Shown in pieces: positions 23,843 to 36,300 of a stretch of 64,000 nt of DNA (position 1 is its first letter; every line of letters starts with the position of its first letter). Position numbers and translations under genes: made by a program. Source of the stretch: Marsupella aquatica (Eukaryota; Plantae; Marchantiophyta); assembly GCA_973895155.1 (NCBI GenBank), contig OZ316897.1:8517832-8581831 (forward strand). Reading direction: 5' to 3'. Under the pieces are notes generated by a model. The model was not told the DNA's origin and ran no database searches. It saw only the letters and a program-made list of their open reading frames with translations.

Positions 23843-26800
23843 ATGGATCCCTCTGGAATGCAGAACCGTTTCTCTGGGGTAAGATTTCTCTTCTCGGTAT
23901 CTATGTGCCTTACGTAGTCTACGGTCAAAATGCTTCTTTCTCTCCTTAGGTGTCTGTGTGTGTATGTCTGTCTGTTGGTCTCACTCTTCCTCTTGCCCGT
24001 ACCCTCTCCCGCGGGGAGGTCATCTCCTACACGGGCTGTTTGTTAGAATGAAATCTCCTCCTACTCTGTTCTCCTAAACAGCTCGCCTATCAAAAGGGTG
24101 AGGTCTTTCAGAGGAAGCGGGTATTACTTGTACTCTACTTATACACTCCACTCCAACCGAGTTTTCTAGGTGGTTTTGAGGACTCTGTGTGAGAACTCTC
24201 AGAGAATGACTGACCTCCTCCGCGGGATAGAACAGACACGTGAGCTTGAGGCCTCAGTTCTTCTGAGAAGCCGTGCTGTCCATCGAACTGTTGAAAGCAA
24301 GTCTGTTTCTCTTTGCTCCATTTTACAAGCAAAATATGAGCTTTGTGGAGGTTATTGAGGCTCGGGGACCCATTTTCTCTCGGTGAGCAGTGGTCTTGTA
24401 TTTTACGAATGAAGGGACCTTCCTTCCTTCGATAATGTCGGAATCATTCACTTGCCATGGTGAAGGCATGAAACCACAGTCTGGGAGCTTCTGACGATTA
24501 GGTGACCCATGGTTGATTTTGGCCTGAGTCTTGGATGGAAGAGGAAGGATCCCCGGTCTCCGTTATGTAGAGATTAGCCGAGTGAATGAATATCTTTAAC
24601 TACTTTACTGTCTGTTTCTAGCGGGGACCTTGACAGCCAGAGGAAGATCCTCTTCACCATCTGATAAAATGGTAGCTTTGACACTACTACTTCGCTGAAT
24701 AATGCACACATGGTTTGATGGGCCGAGACCAGGAGGAGGATGCACATCAATACTGCCGATTCGTTTGTGCTGTGCTCCGTAGTCTAGAAAGTCCACAGAT
24801 CCCTCCAGTGATGGTCTATCAGTCCTTTGTGCTCACTTGTCAAGCGGCATTGCCTGATGACATACCGCGCTCTCCTTCTCACGTTGTCTCTCTATGTTTC
24901 TTTTAGCTCCCAGAGAGGCATTTCGATTTCATCTCCTTTTGTGCGACAATCGTGTGGTATTTCCCTAGCAGATTTTGGTCGACTCCGAGATTGTTATTCT
25001 ACATTTTCGTCCATCTACGAACTACTAGTACAGAATATCAGATGACTGGGAAACGATTACAGTCCAACTACCGATCTCGCGGATGATTTTGATTATACCG
25101 ACATTGTGGGCTTAGAGTTGAGGGTTTGTGTTACCTTTGTTTTGTTAGTGGACAAGCTAGCGTGAAATGACACGGCTTCTCAGTGGCCCATGTCCATTTG
25201 AGAGACGTTGAAATGCATCAAATTGTTACGCATACCTTCGTAAAGTCATTCTATTCTCAGATGCTTTCTTTTGTTTTTCTCAGGGGAAAAGGAGGAGGGA
25301 TGCCTACTCTGGCGAAGAGGAGGTGGTCCATGACAACCAGAAAATGTCTCGAAGGTGGATGACAGGTCGGGGAGATGAGATTGATAGCAAGGATCACCTA
25401 AGTCAAGTGAACCAGGCTCTCGAATTCCGGGGGATGAGTGTGGATCATTGGATGCGTATGCAGCAGCAGCAACAGCAGAAGATGGAACCGGCTGCTCCGA
25501 CAACGCCCCTGAATAACCTCCAGCAGCCTCTGAATTTACAACAGCGAGTCATGGCAACAGCGGCCATCCATGATGGTGTGCGAAATGGTGATTCTTCCAA
25601 GCAGACACTGCTCCCCCCCACTCAATCTGCACAACAGTTAACCACACCTCAACAATCTGCTCACCAGCAACAAATAGGACAAATGAGTCAAATGGGACAA
25701 ATGGGGCCAATGGGGGTCCAAGCAGGTCAATTGGGTCAGCAGCAGCAGCATATTCAACACCAGCAACACACTGGCCAACAGCAGCAGCAACGCACTGGCC
25801 AGCTGCAGCAGCACTCTAATCAGCAGCAAACCTGTTCCAATGGTGTAGCTCAGGTTCACAACAAGTTTCAGCACCTCAACTCGTCGGAACAACAGATGCA
25901 GCAGCAACAAATTCAAATGCCATTTCTGGATATAACCGGCAACTCAACTCGACCTACGTCAACTATGTCAGCTCTGCCACCCCTACCCATGTCATTCCGA
26001 CCGCCTCCCATTTTTGCTGAGGCTGATCTGAGGCATTCCCCCACTTCCTCGTCATCCAATCAATATCCACTGCAAAATGTGATGTCTCATCAGCAGCAAC
26101 AGCAGAGATTGCCTCCTCAAGGTAGCACATTGTTGTCTGACCCGGACGAAGATAGGTACTCAAGTATGCTATCGAACCAAAGCATGCTGTCCAATCAAAG
26201 CTCAGTGCTTCAGCAACAGTCATCAAACACAGGAGGAATATCGGGAATCTCAGGAATATCTGGAATATCTGGAACTTCTAATTCTTTAGTAGGTCTCCAA
26301 GATTTGCAAGCATCTGCTGCCTGGTATGCATCTATGAGGGAGCTAGACTCGCAACCACCATCCAATTCTCGTTTGGGAAGAGCAACCCTCTCAAATTCAC
26401 AGAATGTTGGGCAAAATGTCAACATTTACTCTTCTCCAACTATGAGTGATCTAACGAGTCAGAGTGGCCTTGCTCCTCTGCCATATCAGTCATGTCCCTC
26501 GGGAACATCATCATTTAGGGAAAGTCCACTGGACCAAGACCAGCTCTTAGGGAGTGACCCACAAAGTCCTCTTCCGTATGGGGTGGCAGGCTGCTCATCG
26601 TCATCTTCTGTGGTGGGGCCGAAGTGTTCACCTTCACCTCTACCAAGGCTAAACAACAAACCTGCTTTTCAAACCGATTTTCCAAGAAGAGGAGGCATGA
26701 TGAATGGGCCATATTCTGCATCAAGTAGTGGCCCGGATCTTCTCCTGAATCAGAATATGATGAGCGGTGGAAGTGGACTCCTGCCTGATGAGACCTGCTT

Positions 26801-27725
26801 CGTACAACGTGCACCTCCCATTCCGAAGCGAACTTACACCAAGGTAAACTGCTACCTGCTTTAAAACTAATTTTTTTGCATACTTGGGAATACCCATGTC
26901 TTCAGTCTATTTGTAAACGACATTGGAGGGCCTAGATTGGCTCAGCCCTTTGCTGCAACTTCCGGGGTTCGTCTCACTGTCGGTACTAAGTTCTGTGACA
27001 GTAAGTTGTCAGGGTAGGATTGCTGTGGGAATGAAGTTATTGTTTGCCCTGGGCATTAGGTTAAATTCGGAACCCATTGGTGAGTGAGTATTCTGTGTCA
27101 ACAGTGGAATTACTGCAGACTCGAAATTTGAGGTGTTTTCAATTTTATGTTCTTACGATGATCTGTATTTGCATGTAGGTCTATAAGATGGGGGCAATTG
27201 GAAGGGCGCTGGATGTGACCCGGTTTAGTAATTACACAGAGCTTCGGTGCGAGCTTGCACGGATGTTCAATTTAGAAGGGCAGCTGGATCAGAAATCTGG
27301 ATGGCAACTTGTGTTTCTTGACAACGAAAATGATATTCTCCTTGTTGGTGACGACCCTTGGGAGTAAGTATTTGTCACCTTTGGAGGATCTATCACGCCT
27401 TCTTGTGCTGAACTTCGAAAGGTTGCGTCATCTAAATTTTTGAGACTAAGCAGTTTTGAGTGGGATTGTCGTTAGAACCAGTATCGGGGCCTTGGTTTTA
27501 TTGTCATCAGCCAGAATCCAAAAGTTGATAATGCAGAGATTGGACTCGTAAATTTGCTCAACGTTTTGTAAATATATTGTTTTTTCTTTTAACATCAATA
27601 TACTGGGTAGTCACCTGACAGTGAACTGTGGATTTGGTCTTGGCAGTGAATTTGTCACCTCCGTACGTGGGATTCGCATTTTGTCACCGTCAGAAGTTTT
27701 CTACTACATGAATGAAGAGAGGTAA
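23843..27725 (+). CDS. NCARF: Non-canonical auxin response factor (class A-like PB1 + Q-rich middle region, no B3 DNA-binding domain), ~619 aa
   Basis: Exons 23843-23878, 25284-26843, 27179-27363 and 27647-27725 have GT-AG borders and a continuous frame. PB1: [41 protein letters not shown]...[39 protein letters not shown]. No B3 coding sequence is seen upstream. Exon 1 is the least certain. Confidence 0.88.
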
Positions 27726-30398
27726 ACCCATGACCCATCGCATCCAGGATCTTTGAAGCAGTACTCATGCAATCCTCTGGAACTCTGAGCTCCTTTAGTT
27801 CCCTGCCAGTTGTCTTCGTTTCAACATTCCAAGTGGGACAAGTTACGAATTCAGTTGTTGTCGTGCAGATAACTACAGCTTGGACTGCCAGTCATGATCT
27901 CCATGGAAGCAACGACAAACATTTAATATGGCTGCGTCATGTGGACTAGTTGGACCAATGGTGAAGTTGGAGGGACTACTGTGTCCCTCTGCTTTTTTCC
28001 TTCAGCTCCTGAGATCAGTGTGACAAACCTTTTGGCAGGTATACCTTCCTTAAGCTTTGACATAGTGGGAACACTTTTTAGAGATCATGCCTCTGTATCT
28101 TCTTCTTAGTTACAAAACCTGCATGAGTTTAGTTTCCAAGTAGATCTAGGAATTTCCTTGGTTTAATTTGTCAAAAAGTGTACATTGAACCCGATCACCC
28201 CTTGTGTAACTGTTCCCAGCGACCCCCCTTTCTGTTCACATGAGATGAAGAAATCTCTAGAATAAGCTAGCTGACAGGGTCGTGTACAACTGCGCAGAAC
28301 CCTCACCCGTTGTAAAAATCTCATTAGGATGAAAGGTGTCAGATGAGTCTCATTAGCAAGGAAGTCCTGTCAATACCGGACGGCTTGAAATGCTCATCAA
28401 TGGAGCTCTCTTTGGAAAACCAGCGTCCATCACACATGTTGAATGGTCTGTCGCGTCCGTGTGTTTTCTTGACTTGAGATCAGCTGAATCCATGCTGCAG
28501 TGCTTATATTCTCCAATTGCGTGTCTCCAATCTGGACTCATGTCCCACAGTCAGAACTGGTTGAACTGGTCTTCCTAAACACTTATATTAGCCCATTTGC
28601 CTTTCCATTCTGGCTCCTTGATTTGCGCGAGAAGTGCTTTCACATAAAAATGTTAGGAAGAGATTTTGCTTTTCTGTTTGTTATGGCGTTGTCACTGGGT
28701 CATGCATGACACGCAACTCATTTTGAAATTGGTCACTGACAAAATCATATGAGCTTGGGAAGTTAGAACGAGCTGATTGTCCTGACGGATACAAAGCAAG
28801 TTGAAGTCCTTGCTTCTGGCCTGTTGGGAGTTGGACCGCGCAATCCCTTCCCAAGTATGATGTACAGGGCTAGCAGAACTTGACTGACTCCTTGGGTTTG
28901 CACTAGTCCAATAACCCTTGTCCTCGGGAATTGAATGTCTCAATGTGTTCTTGCAATAAGCTTATCTTCTGTACTCCAAATTGGACGCACCTCACTGAAT
29001 GGCTTTCCGTGACTAGAACCGGACTAGATCAATTTCCTGTTGGCGTTGTTTCCTACCACTCGCGAATCTGAAGGAAAGCGCAGTTGCAAAATATGAATAC
29101 TAGTCGATTGATCTTTTATATACGCCGCAAAGAATTCGTAGCACACGTTTGCCGAAAGGGCGATGGGGAACTAATCACAGAAGAAGATTGATGCGCCCTG
29201 ATGTCCAATAATGGATGAAGTCACTCAGTTTCAGAAACCATCATTTTGATGGATGGCTATTGTACAAGACAGATCAACCAGTACCTATTTGGCCGGGGGA
29301 AAACTTGGTAAAGATAGTTGCCTGACGAGCTATTTGCGTGAGCTATCGACGCGAGTGCCAGTGCGGAATAGTTCCGGAGGATGACTGATTTCATTACAGA
29401 ACTGATGTCAAAGGCAATAACATTCAAGCGAAGCGGATCTCAAACAACTGGCATTCTTGGAGAAAAGGATCACAACATACCCAAAACCCTTGACAACATA
29501 AAGCTGATCGTGAGAGGCAAGAACTCGTCACTAAGCGCAATGTTTTCTGTAATTGTCAAGACAGTTCTCAGCTTACCTGAGTGAGTCCCAGTAGCATTGT
29601 GACGGTGCACATCGACATCACAGAAAATTGCCGACAACGGTTTGGACTGACGATACATCAGTACGCTAATGTAATATACAGAGACTGCAAGCCCAGACAT
29701 CTCGGGCTACTATGGTTAGAGTGCCAACTCTATCAGAGCAGTCTGCCCAAAACCCAGTATCGAAGTACGTGCTGCGGCATTAGCCAAGATGAGTTATAGT
29801 GCGACAGGTCGTCGACAACACCAGTGTAGTACGAGAAACATTCATCTTTGACAGACTCACTGTAGTGCTGAAATTCTTACGTAAACTCGAGTACATCGGA
29901 TCCTCTTCATGCGATCTTCGATTTAAAAATTGCACTTGGTTCACGTGAACCTTACTTGTTACCTGACTTACAATCTTTTCACCATAGCTGCCATGTTCAT
30001 GGATAATTTCGGTGAGCCTGGGAGCACCGGAAAACGCTCATTTCCGCAAGAAAATTAAAATGTGACCGTTGGGATAGGTGCACCACTGAGAAAATGTAGA
30101 AAAAACACATAGGAGAAAACCTAAATTTGTTGTTACATTGACATTGCCCAAATGGGATTTTGAAATTGTAACAAGTACATGGAGGAATTTCTGTGCGGGG
30201 TAATCATGCATCTTCTTCTGAGCTACGTGCATGCCAAATTTGAGCCAAGATCTGCATTACCGAAATTGCATTCTATTCGGAGCAATCTGGCCGGACAAGG
30301 TCCTTCCCACAGGTAGGCTGAAGGATGTTTACAACCTGTTTGGGTAGGTGAGCCCAAGAATACATGGATGGGTGAATTACAATGACGGAGACAAATGA

Positions 30399-33300
30399 TT
30401 ACGATGATGGGGTTTGCTCTGTTGCAACAGTTGAATTGGTAGCAGTACCAGGAGAGATTACCGATGCTGGACTGCTAGCAGAAACACCACTGCTTGCTGA
30501 GTTAGCAGTCGTGGTGGCAGCGGGAGCAGCGGCAGACTTTTGAGGTACTGCAGCAGTGGTCGAAACTGACTGTCGAGGCTGCACAAACATCACGACAATT
30601 AGTAGATCATTGTGGCAACTCCTTCCAAAGGCTACTTAGAAACACTGACTCAATTATAATGAAGTAGCTTTGAAACCATCAGCGGCCACTAGATAATCAC
30701 TCTTTTTTACCACATCACTTCGGTCTCGTGTATTTGGAACTAACTAAGAAAACCAACTTCATACGACATCGGTAACAGTTGCTCAAGCCGAATGGGTGGT
30801 TGAATTAGCTGGACCGTTACCTGCGCACCAAATGTGGGCACTGTGCTTGCCATTGAAGCCGAATGTCCAGCAATGGGTTGGGAAATTCCACCCGCTGTGC
30901 CAGTTCCCAAGGGTGACACTGGAATTATTGCAACTGTAGAAGATACAGGGACAGGAGGAGGCTTGACTTGTCCAGCAGTACTCATTGCAATAGACATGGG
31001 CAAGTTTCCGTGTTGTTGTTGTTGGTGGTGCTGTAATGGCCGCTGTGCTCCTTGGGCTGTAGGAGTTATGGGCCTTGAATTTGCTCCCGGAACCATACCT
31101 ACTTTTTGTGCTGCCTGCGTAGACTGCTGATGTGATTGGGGAAGCCCACTTATGTTCAGCCCGTGTATGCTGGAACTTGGCATCCCACTACTACCATTAG
31201 GAGAAGTCATGTGCATGCCCGCCGAATTCACAATTGACGGCATCGCTGTTCCTGAATTTCCACTTCTTGTTAGATTGTATAGTCCAGTAGGCATGGGTGA
31301 GACATTCTGCCCAGGCTTCCACTGTGTTGAATGCACTCCACCAGGGCTAGAGTTGCCCGAAGGTGTGATCACTGAGGCACCGGTAGGTGTGCCCATCATG
31401 CTCATGGAAGTAGCCATACTCGTCCCTATAGGATATGTCACATGTCCTCCAGATTGAGCAGCAATTTGTGGAGGGATCTGTCCCTGTAGAGACGTGCCAT
31501 TCTTTACAAGTTGTTGGCCAGAGACCTGAACCCCACCAATATTTGATCCCGGCTGGCGTTGTTGGAGTCTCCTCTGCCCAGACTGCTGAGGTTGAGTCTG
31601 CTGCTGGGGCTGTCTTCGTGATTGTGACTGCTGCTGCTGCGAAGTAGTAATTTGAGACGGCTGAGATGATGGTGACAGTTGCTGCTGCTGAGCTGGAAGT
31701 CCTGGTGTTGATGGGGACTGCTGGGAGTGAGAAGGATGCAGTGACGGGGATGCTTGCGGTTGCTTCGAAGGCAAGGCCATTTGTGATGGTTGTTGAAGAA
31801 CCTTCTGCTGCTGTCCAACTGATCCCGGGCTGGCAGATCCTCCTGCCACTGCTTGATTCTGCTGAGCTTGCTGCATCGGTCCTGCTTGAGCTGTCATGCC
31901 TTGAGAGTTTCCTTGCGAAAGTTGCTTCCCCATGGACATGGGCCCTTGAGGTTGGATGGGCCGTTGACCTGGTATGGAGTGAGAGATTGCCTGCCCTGGC
32001 AGTTGCTGCGCAATTTGATTTCCAAGAGCTACCTGTCCTGGCAACATACTAGATTGCCCAGGTTGTGATGGAAGAGGCTGCTGCATCATCATGCTCCCTC
32101 GGGCAGCAGAAACCTTGGAACCCCTAGCGGGTTGTTGTTGCTGTTGCTGTTGTTGCTGCTGTTGCTGTTGCTGCTGTTGTTGCTGCTGTTGCAGAGCTTG
32201 TGCTGACTGTTGCAAATGCTGATGCTTCTGATGTGATTGCTTGGGTTGTTGTACCTTGTTGGACTGTACAGAAAGCTGTGGAACCTGCCCAGATGGTTGT
32301 GATTGCTGTTGAGATTGTGACTGTGATTGCGACAAGGTTTGATGCTGCTGCTGATGGAGATGATTGGATGGCAGTGGCATTGAGGGAGATGCCATAGGCT
32401 GCATAGGTGACGACGGACGAGGTAGACCAGGCTGCTGGGTCCCTTGTTGCTGCATCTGCTGCTGCTTTTGCAGAGCAAGCTGTTGTTGCGGGAGCAAATG
32501 TTGGTGCTGTTGCATGTGAGCCTGCTGTGGCAGTACAAGATGTTGCTGAGACATAGCATGTTGTAGTTGTTGCTGTTGCAATGGCAGGGAATGGGAAGCA
32601 GGTTGCTGCTGGAGTTGTTGCTGCAGCAATCTTTGCTTATGCTGCTGCTGCAATTGCTGACGCTCTTTGAAAATCCTAGCTGCCAGCAAGTGGTGTTGCT
32701 GTTGGTTTGGAAGTTGTGGAGTGGGGAAATTTTGTGATGGTGCAGGGATCAAGGAAGTAGACGGATCTCTGTTGAGAGTGTTCAAGTGTGTTTGTGCTTC
32801 TGCATTGCCTTGTGCTGCCTGATGTTGCAATTCTTGCATCAATAGCCTTTGCTCCTCACTGGTTCGCACCGGCTGTCAAAACAAACATCAAACGACGGAA
32901 ATGAAAAATATCGTACATCCTCATGTGAAACACGCCTCAATGTCAACAAAATCAAAAGCTCAGATTCATTAATTTGCCCACAAATAGAGGAATCAACTCT
33001 AGTATTACAGAATTTATAGCTTACCCTGCCCATCTGATCCCTCGGTCTTCTCATTGAATTAACCTGACTGGGAACACCTGATGGACCAACGCCGGACCCT
33101 GCTGAACCCACCATACCAACTCCTCCAGGCGGTAGCATGGTTCCCAGAGTGGGTGAGCCCATACCAGACACTCCAGGAGAGCCCATCCCTGGCAGACCAG
33201 CTCTAGTCAACGACATGCCTCTGCTCAATCCACCCATCATTCCCACACTGTTGCCTGTAGCTAACATAGGTACAGCGCAGTCATTTGGATTGGGTAAAGC

Positions 33301-36300
33301 CATCATGGGCAAACCAGCAGTTACAGATGGTCCAGGAACTGGAAGACGTCGGGCTGCCATAGCCTGCGCATATCGGACTCGCTGTGCATCCTCCGGAGAA
33401 AAGGGTCGCGTAGCCGCCAACCTGTGCACGTCCCTGTGCATGAAAGCATGGCCAACAACAATGCTCAAGATAAATATCAGTTTCTTCATTTATTCATTCA
33501 AAACTCTCAAGGTTGTCAAAAAAACACGAGAAACAACAAACGAACCAAGATTCGCCTCTTCAATGAGCCAAAGCAATCGGAAAGCTTGCTCAGGAACTAA
33601 CCATATTCAAACGTGACGAAACCTTATTTCTCATCTTCAAATGACTCGACGGTTATTCTTTCATGTATGAGCTTCCCAAACAGTGACAGTACATATTCTC
33701 AGGAAACTGAAACCAATACGAAGTAAAGCATCAACTACAAATATCAATAACATGAAGATGAGCTCTGGCATTTCACCTTGCAGCAGTAGCTGCAGCATTG
33801 GATGGTGCAATAGCTGGGGCTCCTCCCAAATGAAGATTACCAGCAGCTGGCATTCCTGGCATACCGTTCGTAGCAGGCCGGACACCTGAGCCAGTTGGCA
33901 ACCCACTAGGAAGGTGTGTCCCTGGCAGCTGATACGATTGGCCCAGGCCTGCTAGTTCTTCCTCTCGTTTCTTTTCTACTTCTCTAATGCGCTTGATCAG
34001 CTCCAACGGGCTGCAGCTCCACAACAACACCAGATAAGGTTTCTTGAGCAATATACTAAAAGACCACAAAAGTCGTGTAGATTCGTCGTTAAGATAGATG
34101 AATAATTTGGAATCTGTATTTAAGGAAAAAACAGCATCACCGGGAAAAACATTCTCACACCCACGATAAGCAGCCAGATCATGACCAACATTTTGTCGGT
34201 GAACCACTAATCATATGTGACTGTCATTGACAATGGAGTGTACTCACTTTGGAAAGCCGCCCGCCAAACCGTTGTTGCAGTATTGAGAAGCTGTGTTTTG
34301 ATGTGAGGGGTGGGATGGCAGTAATTTTTGTTCCTCGGGCTGTAAATGGAGTGCCACATACAGTTATCCGTGATATGAGTTTATAATTGAGGCTTAGCCA
34401 AGTTCAGTAACACCTGATAACTTCCAATTCAGAGAAGGGGTCAAACGAAAGCTCTGAGAGTGACAAGATAGGAAAGGATACCTGTGATTTGAGAGCTTTA
34501 ACCTTGTTCACAACACGCACAATATGTTCAAGGTGGACTTTCAATGTATCTTCCTCCATTGGGCCCTGCAGACGCTGTAGCAGAACCCTCGCACTCCCCT
34601 GCATCACCATGAGTCACCTCAGGAGGAATAGGACTTTTGAACAACAACATCCAAACCCTTAAAAAAGCATACTACCGCGTCAATAGCTTTCATCTGATCT
34701 CAATGAGGACGCAAACCATCTACAAAAGCGGTGGTAAATTCCTCCAAAATATAGAAAACACGAAGAAGAAATATATTACCTTGGGAATTCCAGGTAAATT
34801 GGATGGGTGGGGCTGTGATGTGCTTGGGTCCTCTGGACTGTCACCACCTTCTCCAACAGAGAGCCGATCAATGAGAGCTTTGTGCCGTTCCTTGCATTGT
34901 TTTGGTCTTCGGAATATGCCCTGGACAATCAACTCAATACTCATATTTAGTCATTGAAACCACTGGCTTGTAGCTGAACAGACAAAGAAACCAGGTCAGA
35001 AACAGCCTACTAAAGCTGAGTTCAGTCACAAGGTCCTGCAGAACCAATTCTTTGGACCGTCTACGTGAGTCTACCGTTCTAGAACTGCCACAGTTGACAC
35101 ACACAATACCTTCAACTGGGAGCTGGAGCTCAGAACGTCACTGACAAGCTCCCAGTTGGGACCCAGATCGTGTACGAGAGCCAATATTGCCTGAAAATGA
35201 GGACATACAACACACACTTTAAATATTAGCCTGTCCTGCTGGCTAGAGATGCCACTCAAGAGTCAAGCAATAATTCTATTGTTCAGTTACAGTTATTTAA
35301 AAACATATTTTAAATTGATTTTCTTTTTTAACAATTTTTTTAAAAACTGTTAAGAAAAGCAGTCAATTTGTGCCGACTCACAATGCGAAACTTAGGGATC
35401 TTTTTTATGTACCTCTGACACAAGGCTGCATATACTTTGAAAACGTAGAACAGCTTTTAGTAATATTTTGACAGAAATTCTAAATTATGTTTTGGATGTG
35501 CTGGAATCGAGTAAGACCTGATCCTCAATAGTTGACCATGGTATGCCAATACCGGGTGGTTGGCTGACTGAAACCTGCAAAGAACATCGCCCGTTTCATA
35601 GCTTGAGAAGGGGATTTATTAGAAATGTGCACAGAAGCCAATCACTAGACACAAAAGTCAAGATCCTGAACCACAATGGTCGAAACTGTTGCTCTGTACT
35701 CTCTATCATCAGCATGCCTCAACCACAGTCCTGCATTACTCTTATGACGTTTCTACAAAATCCACTGCATGCGTCACTGCATGGTCGCAAGAACTGTACA
35801 CGATCAATCTAACCAAGGAAATCAATACTACTCGTGACGTCGCCATCATCGTGCAACCTTGACAGCAATGCATGTCTTTCATAGTGCTTTATTGGTTTAC
35901 TAAGGTAATACTCTTTCTTTGACGGACTCTCACAAAGTCAAATTGAGTACCATTCCAGGAAAACAGATGACAAAAATCAACTTCTACATGTGAAAGGTGG
36001 CTGATGTGGCCTTGCTTAAGATAAGCCCGAGCGTCCCCGCACAGAAGGACGCAAAGACGAAGTCTCACCTTAATTGACCTACTCTTCCGGTTACGATCAC
36101 GATTGCTGTTTTGTCGGAGCAGTTTAGAGGAGCTGGAATTGTTGGCAGCCACTGAACCAGTTTGTGCTGCTGGAACAGCGGTAGCAGCTGGGGCTGTATC
36201 AGAATTGATGTCAGAGGTTTGTTTCGAAACCTTTGCTTTTTTCAAAGGAGGCTGCCCTTGTGATGCAGGAGTTTCAGGTGTTTCAGCTGAAGATCCTGTT

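Noticed and set aside
27292-27313. miR167-like site over SGWQLV
   Set aside because: Several mismatches to the recalled ARF6/8 site; the similarity follows from protein conservation
25323-27725. Aux/IAA or canonical ARF
   Set aside because: No GWPP degron or LxLxL motif; the PB1 is class A ARF-like; no B3 exons found
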